Assembly: GCA_964247055.1 (NCBI GenBank)
Contig: OZ176056.1
Span: 7,440,001-7,504,000 of the forward strand
Direction of reading: 5' to 3'
Length of the DNA: 64,000 nt
DNA from: Paragordius varius
Taxonomy: Eukaryota; Animalia; Nematomorpha
The stretch's first letter is position 1. The number at the start of each line of letters is the position of its first letter. The translations under genes were made by a program, and so were the position numbers. A model generated the notes under the pieces. The model saw only the letters and a program-made list of their open reading frames with translations, searched no databases and had not been told where the DNA came from. Positions 1 through 14,805 of the stretch are shown piece after piece.

Positions 1-21
1 TGGTTTTTATTTGATTTTTAG

Positions 22-2910
22 ATTAGACTTGTAGTTGAGGAGGGACTTAATTATTTACCCTATTCATCCCTATCTGTCATAACACCGACAGGTAATAAGA
101 ATATATTAACAAAATAATAATTTTTGAGTTTGTATTTTTGATAATATTAGATTAAAAATTCTAAAAATTTTGATTTATTAAATATCAATTTCTTTATACG
201 AAAAATTAATTAAACTATAAATATGATAATTAGATTTTTTATGACTTAATTCGATAAAAAAATTCCTCTAACATAAATCAATTTTTAATATTCTTGATAT
301 TTAGTAAAGCAAAAAATTATACAGGCAAATTGTAAAAATTAAAATATGAAATCTATTTTAATAACGATACCCTACATTTTTAAATCTAGATTTTAACATA
401 AAACAATGTAATTTAATTTTAAAATAAATATGTTACCAATTTACATATTTATTTCTTAATTCCAATCCAGAATCATAAATTAAGGTCTTAAAAGCTTTTG
501 TATATGTTAAAAATATTTGTCGTTTAATATTTACGTTTTGTCTTAAAATATTAGTTATTTATTGAAATTATCTAAAAACGTTCCCTAAAAAATTGTTTTA
601 AGACAATCTATTTTTTCTACTTATAAGGAGTAACTTATCATGGCTTACAATATCAGAAGGGAACATGTGGTGTCAGTATCATGCGAAGTGGTAATATGCA
701 TTTTTTATGTAAAATTTTAAAACAATAAAATCCTATTAAATTTTTATTAAAAGGGCAAAAAATTGCTTATTTTCTATATTTAACATGATAATGGAAATAT
801 ATACACTAGCGTATGGCATAAAACAGTATTAGTCCATAAAAGATTAAAAAATGTTTTTATCTAAAAACAAGGGGATATTTTGGATATGTGTATATACAAC
901 TAGGCTTGTTTTTATAAAAAAAACATTTTTTATTCTTTTATGGACCAATAATGTTTTATGCCATACGCTAGTGTAATATTTATTTTAGTCGCATAAAATC
1001 GACAAAGATCTCTTTGATAAAAACATTTTTATAAACTTTTTGGTTTGGTTCATTGAATAAAGCTTAAATACCTAAGATGCACTAAATTAGAACCATATTT
1101 AATTCATTTATAAAAAGTGAATTTGTATTGACATAAATTATATTTAGTTCGAATAGCAATTGATAGTAAACCAAAAATATATATTTCTTTTTTCAATGAT
1201 AAAAAAAGCATTTTTTTACAATTTTTATTAAATTCAGGAGAAGCGATGGAAAAGGGACTTAGAGATTGTTGTCAATCCATGAGAATTGGGAAAATTTTAA
1301 TCCAAAACAATACTAACCATAATATTTCTGAAGGAAATGAAAGTATATATATATATTTATATTTAATTTTAAATTTTTTTGTGAAATTGAAATTATATAG
1401 GCAAAACATAAATATTAAAAGGATTAATATTTTATCTTGAGCTATATTTAACAAAAAATTACATTATGGGAACAATTATATTATATAAACACAGCGTAAA
1501 ACAACAAAACTTTATATATAAAATTATAGCTACCCTGATATTATTTACAGTAAATATTGAAATTTCGAAAAAAAATTGATAACCAACATTCTTAAATTCA
1601 TATATATATGATTTGTTATAGACTCAATAATAATATATAATTTTTAATATTCATTTAGGTTAGGTTATATAGAGAAAAATACGTTTAAAACAGTAAACTG
1701 TTTTTTAAAAATTATTGATCTTTTTGTTTTGTTTACGAACTTATAATATTTTTTATCGAGTTTAATATTTTAAATTAATATACATACATGTATATTAACC
1801 GCAAATTTATTTTATTTTACCTTTTTTTATAAAAAATTTTTTTATTTATTAAAAATTAAACCATTATTTTGAAACCGCGGTTCTGATCTTAAATACAAAA
1901 AAAAATTGTGAAAAAAATCCTAAAATTGCTTTTAGAACATAGAGGTTTTTTGTTTAATTTTTTAATTTTAATACATAAATTTTTTTAAAATCTTAATTTT
2001 TCTCAAATTAAAATAATAGGTAAAGTGTTATTTGCCAGCTTCCCAGATGATATTTCTGAACGGACTATATTATTAATGTATCCTATAATAAGTTAGTATA
2101 ATTTAATTATTTAACAATTTTATTTAAAGCAAAAATTCACATTCATAAAAAGTGAATCACTTTAAAAAATAATCTTTTAAATTTTATTAATATACGTGAT
2201 TATTTGGTAATATAAATTAGGGTGTAATCTATAAATATATATATTAAATTTATTATTCTGCAATTTTAATTTATATTTATTTATAAAAAATCACATATGG
2301 CTATTTTAATAAAAAGATGAACTTTTTTAGATTATATTTATTATAATAAGGGCATTTTTTTTAAAAAATAAATTTTTTAAGTTTTATAAATATTTAAAAT
2401 TTTACCGTTTTTATACTTATATATTTTTTTGTAAAAAAAGGTACTGGTCATAAAATGATTCAAGCCATTAGAACTTTAAAGGAAAACCATGTCTCAGAAA
2501 ACAATATTATAGTTTTGAATTTATTTGCCACCCCAAATAGTAAATTTTCTATATTTTTAATTAAGATATTACTAATATAATGGCATGATTGAAATATATA
2601 ATTTTTTTTTTCAAAAACATATATCTTAAACTGATTTTTTCTAATTATTTTTTTCGAGTAGTCCAAAAAAGGAATAGAAATGATTGATAAAACACCCAAT
2701 TTACACATCATCAATGTAATTATATAATAAAAATAAATATTATTTTAAGGAATATAATTAGTTTTTTAATTTTTACATTTATATTGTATATTATTATTAA
2801 TAGGTATAATAAATTTAGCAACCATGTTTCCCCGTGTAACTTTTATAACATCTGAAATTCACAATCAAACCCCAACACATTTCGGTTCAAAATATTATGG
2901 AACCGATTGA
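22..2910 (+). CDS. UPRT: Uracil phosphoribosyltransferase homolog, animal type (5' end outside the window). Exons 22-91, 628-690, 1238-1342, 2020-2091, 2441-2539, 2804-2910
   Basis: Spliced translation IRLVVEEGLNYLPY...[44 protein letters not shown]...LLMYPIISTG...PTHFGSKYYGTD* matches my recollection of animal UPRT ([13 protein letters not shown], LLMYP, THFGxKYxGTD end). All junctions are GT-AG and in frame. Confidence 0.93.
804..973. mobile_element. 170-bp MITE in a UPRT intron, Tc1/mariner-like
   Basis: TIRs CACTAGCGTATGGCATAAAAC...GTTTTATGCCATACGCTAGTG, imperfectly extending about 55 bp, flanked by TA on both sides. Confidence 0.8.
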
Positions 2911-5709
2911 TTTTCTGACTTATTGATTGATTGATTCATTATTGATTGATATATTTATCGATTTTGTGAAGTTCCCTACGTTTTACTAATGCAAATTTTT
3001 TATATTCCAAACCCATTTTTAAGGCATTTTTATATTAGACAGAGAAGCGTTTTGACAAATAATATGACATGATAATTTTACTTTATATTACTTTTTGTAT
3101 ATTAAATCTTATATATGGTGATGTTTAACATTTGCTGCAATTTAAATAATTCCAAATTAGTTAATGATGGATCGTAAATGACTAACTTATTCACCAATAA
3201 TAAATTTTAAATATATTGTAATTACCATTGTTTTAAATTTTGATTGAATCTTTGAAATGAAATATATTTAGACTATATATAAGACATTCGTTTTAAATAT
3301 ATGTATAAAGCTGTTTTATAAAATTCAGATTGCATAAGACATTTAAGCTATATATATTTAATCAATATATTAAATGTCATTAAACTAGTGGAAAATTGAA
3401 ATAATATAATATATAAATTTTGTATTAAGTCTAGTACAATTGTCTAAAATTTTACAAGCAAATCAAATATGACCCTTAATTTATGACAAGTTTTGGCAAT
3501 AATTTTTGCTAATTGAATAGAAGTTAAAAAAAATTTGAATCTTACAAGATGGCTTTCAAATCATTTCGGGCTCTCGAAAGTGATTAAATAAAAAGTTTTT
3601 GATCTGGTTCCAGTGTTTGGTTTGTACGATTTAAATTGTTCAGTATCCAATGTTTTAGGCCCTCAATTGTTCTATGCGGTTTTAATTGTTCAACTTTGTA
3701 CACATGGTTAATTTGATCGAGCGTAATGAGTAGCCGTAATAATATCGTCATTAAATTAAAAGCATCAACATTCGCTTTCCTCTCATAATAGGGTATAAAT
3801 ATTATGATCCCGTATTATTTGCAGTGTAAAAATCAAAAAAAATTGGATTTAAATAATAAGGTTTTCTCAGACCTTTAACCTCCACTTTTTGTCAATTCGC
3901 TTAAGATACTATTAAAAGGGCCATGTGTATGATTTATATTGGAAAGATAAATTTGACCATAGAGAAGTGAAAATTAGCCCGATTATAATTTGGAGATATT
4001 TCGGTTGAATGATTTAAATTAACTAATATGGATTTACCTATTAATTAAACCTTTTTTGTATTATAAATATCAATGTTATGTTTTATAATTTAGCAGAAGT
4101 ACTTAATAATGCAAAAATGCATTTTTTCATATTTACTAATTTATTTTGGACTTTAGTGTTCCTTTCCACAAAGATTTAAACTTTTAAAAATTTATAATCA
4201 GTCTTCTTCTTCTACAATAAGATTTAATCTAAAAATAAATGAATGTAAAAAATTTGCGGGCAAATGTAGTCAAAACATTTAAAATCCATTTATGGAAGCT
4301 GAAATTTCTAGATGAGATTATAATATACAATTGTTTACATTTAATATCTGTAAAATGCCATAGAATAATTTTGCAATCGCTGCGAGGCAAACAAACAAAT
4401 TTTTAACCTGTGTGTATTTATACAAACGAAGTATAAATCATCTATTACGGTATGCATTTTAATAGTTAATTTAATTATAGTTGTGCAATTTGCAACACAG
4501 TATAGTGTGTGGAAAAATTAAAATAGTTGTTTATTCAAAATTTTGTTGTTTATTCCATACACTGTTTTGCAAACTGCCCAATGAGAAATAAGCAACCATT
4601 AAAATGCATACATATTATTTACAGAATGAGTATGTTTACATTAGTCATAAACTATTCCCAGATAGCATATACAAAGGAAAATTTAATTGGCAATATTCGA
4701 TTTTTTTGCTTTTTACTGCTATCGACAATTATACTTCTGTTGCATTTGCTATCTGTCACAACATTAGGGTGGGTTAAAAAAAAATTTGCCCTTGACTTCT
4801 AAGTCAAGCGTGGCAACTTGAGCAAAACTTAAGACAACAAGTGTACATTTGAAGATCGGTGACAAAAAACGTTTAACTTAAGTCTTTTGCTTATTATAAA
4901 TGTTACTTTTTGCCACCCAATTCAAATTTTACGGATAGATTTTGGTAATTTTTATACAAAATTTATGAAATAAGGCATAAATAGATACACAATCAATACA
5001 GTATGCATTTATTGAAGTTTTTAAAAACACAATGGCATATGTTATTTTTTAGGATTTCTCTAAGCCCTTAAAACACTCTTCTATTATTTTACCACATTAT
5101 TCGTTTTGTTTAAGGAGTCCCTTTGCCAATATAATGATAACAATTTAATTGATTATCAACATTACATTTGAAATAAAATTTTGATTATAAAATCGTTACA
5201 TGTTTTTATTTGCATTACCCTTTTGCGTTTTTCATGTAAAAAGATTTGACAATTATTAACAAGATTAGTATTTATTTATAATTTAATGATATTTTTCGAA
5301 TAAATTTTTTTGCATTAATCGATAATTCAACATATTTTTATATGAATACTTTTAAATATCAGCAGAGTTTTTCTAAAAATTTTGTCTCCCTTGTATCCCC
5401 CCAATTCGAATAGTTAATTGGCCAAAAACTATTAACAGTAAAATAGTTTAAATAATTTTATCCATATTTTTATTTCAAGTGTGCCCTATACCACACTTGC
5501 ACAAATTTAAGTTTTTGATCGTATGAATTTTTATCACCGAATCGAGTTAATTTGCTTGAATTAAATCGTATAATGTTAAATTTTTTTATCACATGAAAAC
5601 AAGGTATGATTTGAAAAATTTGATGTCAATCAAAAAATTTTTTTTTATTCCCACCCACAACCAATATGCATTTTTAAAGGTTCATATACACCGCTGTTGA
5701 GCCACATGC

Positions 5710-8434
5710 ATGATGGAACGAAGAGTTTTGATAAAATTTTACAATTTTAGATAAATTTAGATCAACCACGATGGGATCAAAACACTTATATGGGACGAGC
5801 CAAACACTTTTTTGCCATAACTAATCCTTTAAATTTGCTTGCTACCGAAAAGGATTTAGATCATGCTAAAAGTTTAGTTGCCAATTACAAGTTCTATATT
5901 CTGGACTAATATTTAAGGCAAGGAGCCACTTTACAATCTTTAAATATAAATGAAAATCAGCTTTGGGAAGCAAAATCACTTTATGACTCGGCCTTTCATC
6001 CAGAAACTGGTGAAAAAATGATTTTAATTGGTCGAATGTCTGCTCAAGTCCCCATGAATATGTTAATTACAGGGGGCATGCTCACATTTTATAAGTAACA
6101 TTTTATTTTTATCTTATCATTTAAACTTTATATATAAATTATAATTTTTAAATCAGATATATAACCTTAACTTTTTTTGTTGGATAAATATAAATATAAT
6201 ATGTTTGTCGCGCGGTTGTGTTATATTACAAAAATGTATTTAATTATATTCGTACCATCTTTCTTCTTTTATCCTCTTGATTATTGTTTTAATGTACAGA
6301 TAATTAAATTTCCTTTTATAGGGTGCTTTAGGGGTGATATAGATTAGGAATCGTAATGATATCTAAATATTCTTTTACTCACCCCCCTCTACACATTTTA
6401 TAAGAGTTTTTTGGATATCTTGCTTAATTAGCCAGGTTTTAAGTATATTTTTTCTGTTAATCTTATATTTTTTACTGTATTTTAAGCCCCCTAGCCAAAC
6501 CATGTGCGTTACTTGAAATCAAGATATTAGGTCTGTGAAAAATGTGTTGATTGTTACTAGAAAAGAGAAAATTTTTCAAAAATTTAAACTATTTTTTCAT
6601 TCATTTAAATTTGCTCTATCTACTTTTATGGGATTGTCATTCTGCCCAAAAGTATTTTATTTTGTCTAAAATTATCCCAAGGTATTTTTGTTGATGTATG
6701 TTTTTTTGTCTGGAAACTGAGAATTTCATTTTTTATCAAATTATTTTTAGGACGCAACTATACCGAATTATTAAAAGTTTAGTTACATTAAGAAGAGTCA
6801 CATGACAATATAATTAATAAGACTTAATTTTTTGATTCATTATAAGACTGAGGAACATATATCGGAAACATAATTGTTGGGGATTAAAATAGTCAAAATC
6901 CTGGAAATAGAATTTTAAACTATATTTTTACCATTGTGTGTCTCATATTATTTTAGATCAAATTCTGCCGTAATTTTCTGGCAATGGATAAATCAATCGT
7001 TTAATGCCCTCGTTAATTATACTAATCGCAGTGGGGATTCACCCATCCCAATATCGTAAGTATATTTATAATTTTACACAAAAAAACATAGGATAAAAAT
7101 TCACAATATAAAGCTTAAAATTTCTAATAAAAGAAAATTTAATAGAGAAAAGATGTTATCTTTGATACAAATGTTTTAAAAACCCTCTAATCTAAATTAT
7201 ATACTTAGTAATGAAAAAAATGATTATTTCATTTATAACATAGTTTAATTTAATGTTATAATATGGTTAATTTTATGAAAAAAATGTCATTTATTTCCAT
7301 TAAAATTATTTTTAATGTTTTGTCCTTATATCATAATATTTTTGTCTGTGAATAATATATTTTTATAAAATTATATTAATAATATTTTTCCTTATATCCT
7401 TTTTTTATTAGTCAACTGGGTGCATCTTATGTATTAGCAACTGGTGGCGCATTAACCACCGCCTTGGGACTTAATAGATTATTGAAGGTATAACTTTAAA
7501 TGTTAAATTAAATTATTATTAAATGGATATTATTCATTTTTTTATATCTTTGATCTAAAATTATATATATATATATACAATATTTGGATTGATATAAAAT
7601 TTTAATCATATTGATACTAAAATTACAATAAAAAATATATTATTAACCATATTTTTTGATCATTGTATTTTTTCTAACTTTTAATTATTCCTTATTTTAA
7701 AAACCAAAGTGATAAGACCTACATTGTTAAAATATGGTGGTTTTAAGAAATATGCATGTGGGTTTTTTTAAATTCCAAAATATATATTTGTTATCTATAT
7801 AATATTTGTTTTTTATTAACCCCTTTGATATATTAGAATATTGATTGTTAAAAAAATGTGGATATTTATTATGAAAATGTAATGTTTTTATTGTTTAAGG
7901 TGTGTATTACCGTTTTAACTGTAGTATAGATTTTTGAAAAAATTAAAATTTAATAGGCATGTGGCTATTCCCAAAAATTTTAGTTTTTCTGTTTTGTCCT
8001 TAAAATTTCAAATTTTATACTGTTTTTTTTCCTTGAAACTCAGATATACAGTAAAAAAATATAATTAACCCTTTCGATAAAAAATGTACTTTTCATGTTT
8101 TTGTCGCGAATTTTTTAAATAATTTTTACCGTATTTTTGACAGTATATATTGGAAAACATCAATATAAATATATACCAATATTTTAAAATTCATATTCAC
8201 CCTTAAACAATTCAAATTCACCCTAAAATAAATTATTTGTTTTTTTAAGATTAAAAATTACCTATATTTCATATATTTTTAAAAAATAATACAAAAAATA
8301 AACTCTGCCATAAAGATATATTTTATATTAATAATCAGTCATATTAGTTCAAAAACACATAATTTATTAGGGTTAATATCAATTGTTCAAGGGTGAATTT
8401 GAATTGTTAAAGGGTGGATTTGAACTGTAAATGT

Positions 8435-8465
<31 letters not shown>

Positions 8466-8739
8466 AATAATATTTTTAAAATAATTTTAATTTCATATCG
8501 CTTATATATTATATGGTTTGCCCTAATTCAAAATTTAATTTATATATATATATATATATTTATTGCTTTTTATAATATTTTTGTGTTAATTTTTGTTAGA
8601 ATGCCCCTAAATTGATTGGTAGATTTGTTCCGTTTGTGGCCGTCGCTGCCGCAAACTGTGTTAATATTCCAATGATGAGAATAAAGTATTTCGAAAAAAT
8701 TAAATTAACACATATAATAAATTTGAAAATAATTTCCAG

Positions 8740-8774
<35 letters not shown>

Positions 8775-10491
8775 ATAATTTACAATAAAAACGCAAAAGG
8801 AAAATACATATTTTTGCTATAAAGATTAAAAAGACAACTAAACAACTTTTTCTCCCTGATTTAATCTTGCATTTAACAGTAAAAACTGAAAATATAAAGA
8901 CATTTTTTTTCAAAAGAGAACCATATATTTTTAAACCTTAATTTTTTTATATGATTATATAACTACAATTATAAAATATATAACTGATTGTTTTACCAGT
9001 ATGTTTATCAATTATATACTTTACCGTTTAAAACAACGAGTTGTATACAAAAAAATCATGATTTAAAAAGTATTGTTATCTTTAAGAAAAAATTTATTTT
9101 TGTTTCTTACGTTTTTCCGTATAATTTCACATTTTACTGTATGTTTTAAAATAAGGAATATAATTGTAAATTCTTAATATACTCAATCGCATTTGTCAAA
9201 TAATTGAGAGGCAATAAAATCAAGTTCTAAAAAAGTATGGGGTGTCTTTTTTCTCCAAAAAAAAGTTTTTATCTTTATATTCTTACGTTTTGTCCGTCCA
9301 TATAATTTCAACTTTTACTGTTAATATTTCATTTGTAGAGAATTACAACACGGCATCCCAGTTTTTAATGCGAATGAACCAAATGTTAGGGTTGGCGAAT
9401 CAACCAATGCAGCAAAAATTGCAATTCCCACTGTAGTTTTTTCAAGGGTTGCAATGTGCGTTCCTGGAATGAGTATATTAATATATATATATATTTTAAG
9501 AAATTTTTATAGTAAATATTTTGGAGAAATAAGGTTTATAGATAGTAGCTAATTGTTTCAATACCTTACCCCTTTTATAAATTCAACTTATTTTATTGTG
9601 TTTTAACCCAATCGTAAATTTTGTATAAATTGAGGTATTTATTATATTTATTTAAGCCTTTATATTCAAAAATAATAGCACCCTTTAAAATGTTTACAGA
9701 TAAGATTTAAAACAAAAAAGTCAAAGACTAATAATTTGAATATAAAGACAGGCCATAGTTTTAAAAACTTGATTTTTTATCGTCATTTAAGTTGCAAAAT
9801 AAGGAATGGAAAAATGTAAATCACAATCTTTTTATTCCACAATCGTAATTATGTAAAGAGGTTATGAATCAATGAACCATAGATCGCATATTATACCATT
9901 TGCCAAGAATGTCCTTGAACATTTCAAGTTTGTCCTTAAGATTTTTAAATTTTGATTTAAACAAAATTTTTGCATGTAACTTTTTATTTAATTATTTTTT
10001 AACCTAATTTTCTATCTTTATTATATATTTATTCATTTAATAAAAAAATTTATTAAAAGACCACTTTTTTATCTCCTGCTAATATTTTTCTAATTTAACA
10101 AAATTATTAAATTTTAAATGTTTTTGAAAAATTGTAAATATAACCAAAAAACTTATATATTTTAGGTCTTAAAATCTTATAAAAAAAATAATTTTAAGAA
10201 ATTAAAATTAATCGTTGTTTTTGATTTAAAATTATTGAAATTAGGTCAAAAACGATAAAATAGATGAATGATATACGTTTTGATTTATAAAAGTTTAAAA
10301 CAAAACAAGAAACTTAAAGGACCAACTTGAAGTGTTCAAGGATACTCTTGAAGTGCAATTAATATATCACAATATTTTTTTTACTATTTGTTTCGCAAAA
10401 CCATTGAGGAATTTACCAATTTTTAATATGTATTAATTATTACAATATTAATTTTAATTCATTATTTTGTAATAATTTATGAGTTACATGT

Positions 10492-10532
<41 letters not shown>

Positions 10533-12941
10533 CCGGTTCCTAGGATTTTAACAAGAACCGGTTTCATTGGGATGAAACCAACGCGATTCCGGTTCACTCC
10601 CTTAATTACTGGTTCCCATATGATTTTTTTAATAAAAAATTTATTTTATTATTTAAATTTGATTGTGCCACTACATATTACATAATTCAAACTTTAAATC
10701 TTAAACTAAGCGCCCAATATTATATTAGCGATACTCTCTGAATTTTGGGCAATTCGGCTCTTCTAAAAAGAATAATAATCATAAGTCGAGTTTATTTATA
10801 AATACATATGTTCGTATATATAGGTCTCTGTGAAAGGAGTTTTCTCACCCTTAACTTTCTATTTTCTGACCTGAGAAGCAGTTTGACCAGCGAAATGCTT
10901 GGTGCAATAATTTTTTTAGATGCCATACTTAAGTTAACTCTCAATTAACTTTTACTTTATCCTATTATATTTTACAATATGTTTTATTTTTTATGCTACA
11001 CTATATTTGTTTCACTATACACTTTGCAATTTATGATATATTGTTTGATTTATAATTGTCAATATCTTGGTTTTATTATTATAATAATAATTTTGTAAAT
11101 CATTTAATCAAAAGTCAGGAACCGAGAATGGAAACGGTTCTAAATGTAAAGAACCGGTTCCGGGACAGCAAAATTTTTAAGGAACCAACGCGTTTCCGGT
11201 TCTACTTGTTTAGGAACCGACCCGGTTCCACATTTTTGACTCTGTTCCAAGCCCTGATATATATATATATATATATACCATTTACACTTCAAGAGTGTCC
11301 TTGAACAATTCAAGTTGGTCCTTGAACAATTCAAGTTGGTCCTTTAACTTTTTTGTTTTGTTTTTAACTTTTATCAATCAAATCGAAAATAATTCGTCTA
11401 TTTTATTGTTTTTAACCTATTTTCTATTATTTAACATAAATTTTAAATCGATATCAACTTTTAATCGTTTTGAAACCGTATATCTTTATTAATTTCTTAA
11501 AATAATTTTGGATTTTTATAAGATTTTAGCACGAAATGAAAAAATATATAAGTTTTCTAGGTTATTAATTAAAATTTTTCATTAAAAACATTTAAAAGTC
11601 AAAAATTTTGTTCAATTGAAAAAAAATAGTTTGAAACAAAAAAAAGGTTTTTCAATAAAAATTTTTATTTTTAAATGAATAAATATATAATAAATAAAGT
11701 AAATTAGGTTTATAAATAATTAAATAAAAAAATAAATGCAAAAATTATGGTTAATTAAAATTTATAAATTTTAAGGACCAACTTGAACTGTTCAAGGACC
11801 AACTTGAACTGTTCAAGGACCAACTTGAATTGTTCAAGGACCAACTTGAATTGTTCAAGGACCAACTTGAACTGTTCAAGGACCAACTTGAATTGTTCAA
11901 GGACACTCTTGAAGTGTAAATGGTATATATATATATATATATATACGTATACATTATAGTTTTACCACCTATCCTAATAAATTATTTGGATAACAGAGGA
12001 TTTTTCCGTCGATACCCTAGATCAATAGCTCCCATTCAAATTGCTTTGTGTGGAGTTTTGTAATAAGTCTTTTAAATTATTTTTTGAATAAATAAATATA
12101 TTTTCTCTAAATTTTATTATATTTTTAACGTGTTTTTAAATAAATATTATAGCTTAATATTTACCACACCTCTGTGTTGTGCCATATTCCCACAAAATAT
12201 GTAAGTTTTTATTCTTTTTTAATTCCTTATATTGTAAACTTAATTATGATAAAATATGTTAAATAATTAATGATTATTACCCGCAATCGAAAGGTAAAAC
12301 TACACATAACTAATCATACTTTTAAATTTAAATATTTTATGCGCTATATTTTAAATGGTCTTGATACTAGATCTTGCGTCTCTTAAAATAACCCCATATT
12401 TTAAATATTTAATATATATATAAAATCTAATAATATTATGGTTCATTCTTTAATGAATCTACCATATTACTTTTTAAAATGGATTCTTTCTATATAAACA
12501 TTTAATCCTATCATTCAGGGTGTCCAACTTAATTGGCTTGACAGGCCGTATTCGTAAAATATATGGGCATTAACAAATTCTTTCCGTAGGTTTTTAAATA
12601 TAAGATTGTAAAAATTACTTATTCATCATAACATTTTTTGCCATTTTATCGCCAAATTTTGAAGATTAATTCAGAAAATTGTTTGATTAACAAAATGAAT
12701 TTTACTCAGACTTCGTAAATTTTTATAATTGAAATTTCTCGTGGGCCCCGTGTCAAACACCCCTCTGCTTTACTTTTAATTGGGTTTATTTTTTATTTTT
12801 CAACTGAAATTTTAGGGTTATCATTTAACTTTTAATCTTTTGATCCCTAGGAAATTGGCATCGAAACATTTGGAATCTGGTCTTAAAGAAAAATTGGAAG
12901 GACAGGGAATCAAGGAAGTCGTTTTTAACAAAGGCCTCTAA
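5710..12941 (+). CDS. SFXN1: Sideroflexin (SFXN1/3-like mitochondrial serine carrier), 321 aa. Exons 5710-5724, 5751-5890, 5918-6094, 6957-7055, 7412-7487, 8600-8685, 9339-9472, 11960-12059, 12153-12200, 12851-12941
   Basis: Spliced ORF of 966 nt with family motifs [87 protein letters not shown] and the C-terminal FNKGL*. The paralog (1 vs 3) cannot be resolved by eye. Confidence 0.95.
8190..8438. mobile_element. Degenerate copy of foldback MITE family 2 (21-bp AAGGGTGAATTTGAATTGTTT subrepeats)
   Basis: Inverted TTCACCCTTAAACAATTCAAATTCACCC / GGGTGAATTTGAATTGTT arms; similar to 45308-45637 and 50783-51076. Confidence 0.65.
9894..10364. mobile_element. Older, diverged copy of foldback MITE family 1
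   Basis: TACCATTTG...GTCCTTGAAC left end and GGACCAACTTGAAGTGTTCAAGG...GAAGTGCAA right end; internal sequence is similar to 11276-11925. Confidence 0.7.
10531..11256 (+). mobile_element. hAT transposon 3' remnant in SFXN intron 7
   Basis: About 10828-10935 translates [30 protein letters not shown], like the hAT C-terminal dimerisation domain. Many subterminal AACCGG motifs; ends in ...CCAAGCCCTG (hAT-type CAGGG TIR). Confidence 0.75.
11276..11925. mobile_element. Foldback MITE family 1 (21-bp CCTTGAACAATTCAAGTTGGT subrepeats)
   Basis: Termini TACCATTTACACTTCAAGAGTGTCC...GGACACTCTTGAAGTGTAAATGGTA, with tandem 21-mers in both arms, embedded in (TA)n. Confidence 0.85.
12516..12767. mobile_element. 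Small hAT-like MITE in the last SFXN intron
   Basis: Starts CAGGGTGTCCAAC and ends GTCAAACACCCCTCTG (imperfect TIR); no TSD verified. Confidence 0.45.
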
Positions 12942-13163
12942 AAACATTGGCAAAAAATATTGGCTTATTTGAATAAAATTAATATATTTCATAGGAAGGT
13001 TTTCATAGCTCATTTTTATTAAATTAATTACACAGTATTTAAAATTACGATAATATATATATATGAAAGCAATAAGTTAATAAATTATATTTTTTCGCTT
13101 GCAAACCTGAAATTATACCGAAACTTAAAAATCATCATTTATCATTTGTATGGGGATTCGCCA

Positions 13164-13360
13164 TTAAATGACGGTACACCCGTTTTTCCACTCTTCTCTT
13201 GATTTGGCTAATTCTAGATTTAAATTGAGCGATTCGAGGTCTTTAGTTATTGTGTTAAGCCATGTGGTATGGGGTCGGCCCGATTTCGCTGGTAGTTCAA
13301 CCGAGTTTTTCATAGTTTTAAGAATATGGGTGGGTATCTTGCTGTCTTTCAACATTGATT
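13164..13360 (-). mobile_element. 5'-truncated non-LTR retrotransposon (RTE-like) 3' end
   Basis: Translation KSGRPHTTWLNTITKDLESLNLNLELAKSREEWK matches the GRP-x-x-W...D....A.DR..W motif at the C-terminus of RTE-type ORF2 proteins. Confidence 0.75.
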
Positions 13361-14805
13361 GACTGTTTTACCAATTTCATACTTTTGAATTTAAAGAATA
13401 ATTGCAAAAAAATTAAGTTTTATAAAGTATGGTTGTCTTTAGAAAAAAAAATTTATTTTTATATTTTACGTTTTGTCCATATAATTTTAATCTTTACTCT
13501 ATATATAATAATTTCTTATGATTTTATAATGTAACACATCTTCTTAACCAATAATATATCGAATACTTATGTGAATTCCAAAAATACGTGTTTTCTAATT
13601 TACTTGTAATGCAATGCCTGTATTTTTTTTTGTTTTTTGATTAAATTCAAAATTTTTTACTCACGAGTCGCAATCGATTATCATATTTAATGTACATATT
13701 TCATTAAATTCCAAATACAGTTAAAATAAAACGGATTTTTTGTTTAATTGTTAAATATGCTACTTCTAAAATAAACTCATTCTTTTTTCTAAAAAATAAA
13801 ATTTTTATTTATATAACTAGCGTTCACTCTTAAACTCTGTGACCTGATCTCAATTAGAGGCCATATTTTACGCATTATAAATTGAGGTTATTTAGAATTT
13901 AAACAGATGAAATATACCATTTACGCTTCAAATTCACCCTAAAATACATTATGTGTTTTTAAGATTAAAGCTTACATATATTTTTTATATTTTTTAGAAA
14001 GAAAATTTTGTTTAAAATTTCAAATAATACTGAAAAAATAATAACAAAAATATATTTTATATTAGCAAAATTGAGAGATTTACGCATTATATATTATGAA
14101 ATTTATTAAAAATTAAGTTGAAACGCGTATATTCTAAAAATATAAATTTTAATTTTCGACTTTTATTGTAAAGAATTTTTTCGATAAAGACTTTACCAAA
14201 AAAGTCGAAAATTAAAATTTATATTTTTATAATATACGCATTTCAGCTTAATTTTTTCATATTAATGATTAAGATTGAAAACACATAATTTATTTTTAGG
14301 GTAATGGTAAATATATTCTAACTTAGAGTTTTAGCCAATCTTTATTTTGTGTTTATGTTTGAGCCCCAAAAAAATTCAGATGAGGACAAAAAATATTTTT
14401 CTTTTTAAAGGGCCGTGGACCATGTAATATCAACAAAAAATTCATTCATAACTGTTCGAGACACATTGGCAGATATTTATATTTAAGGGTACGTCAAATA
14501 ATTAAATTACAGTAAAAATGAAATTATACGGACAAAATGTAAAATTATAAAGGCAAATATTTTTTTGAAAGACAACCAAACTTTTGAACCTTGATATTTT
14601 AAATATATATTATTGCTTAAAATTGCAAATTATGAAATATAGATGTAAATTAATGACGCAATCAATATTTTACAAATTATAATTGAATACTTTTTTTGGG
14701 AATAGGTTTATAAAAGTATGATAAAATTGTCTTTATATTAGTTTTGTCCGTACTGTATTAACAGCAATGGGAGCCATAAAAAAGCACTTTTATGGTTTAA
14801 GTAAC

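Noticed and set aside
11276-11925. Short regularly spaced repeats resembling a CRISPR array
   Set aside because: The units are head-to-tail with no unique spacers, lie inside TIR arms, and the genome is eukaryotic.
12825-13013. Minus-strand 62-aa ORF
   Set aside because: Antisense to the last SFXN exon.
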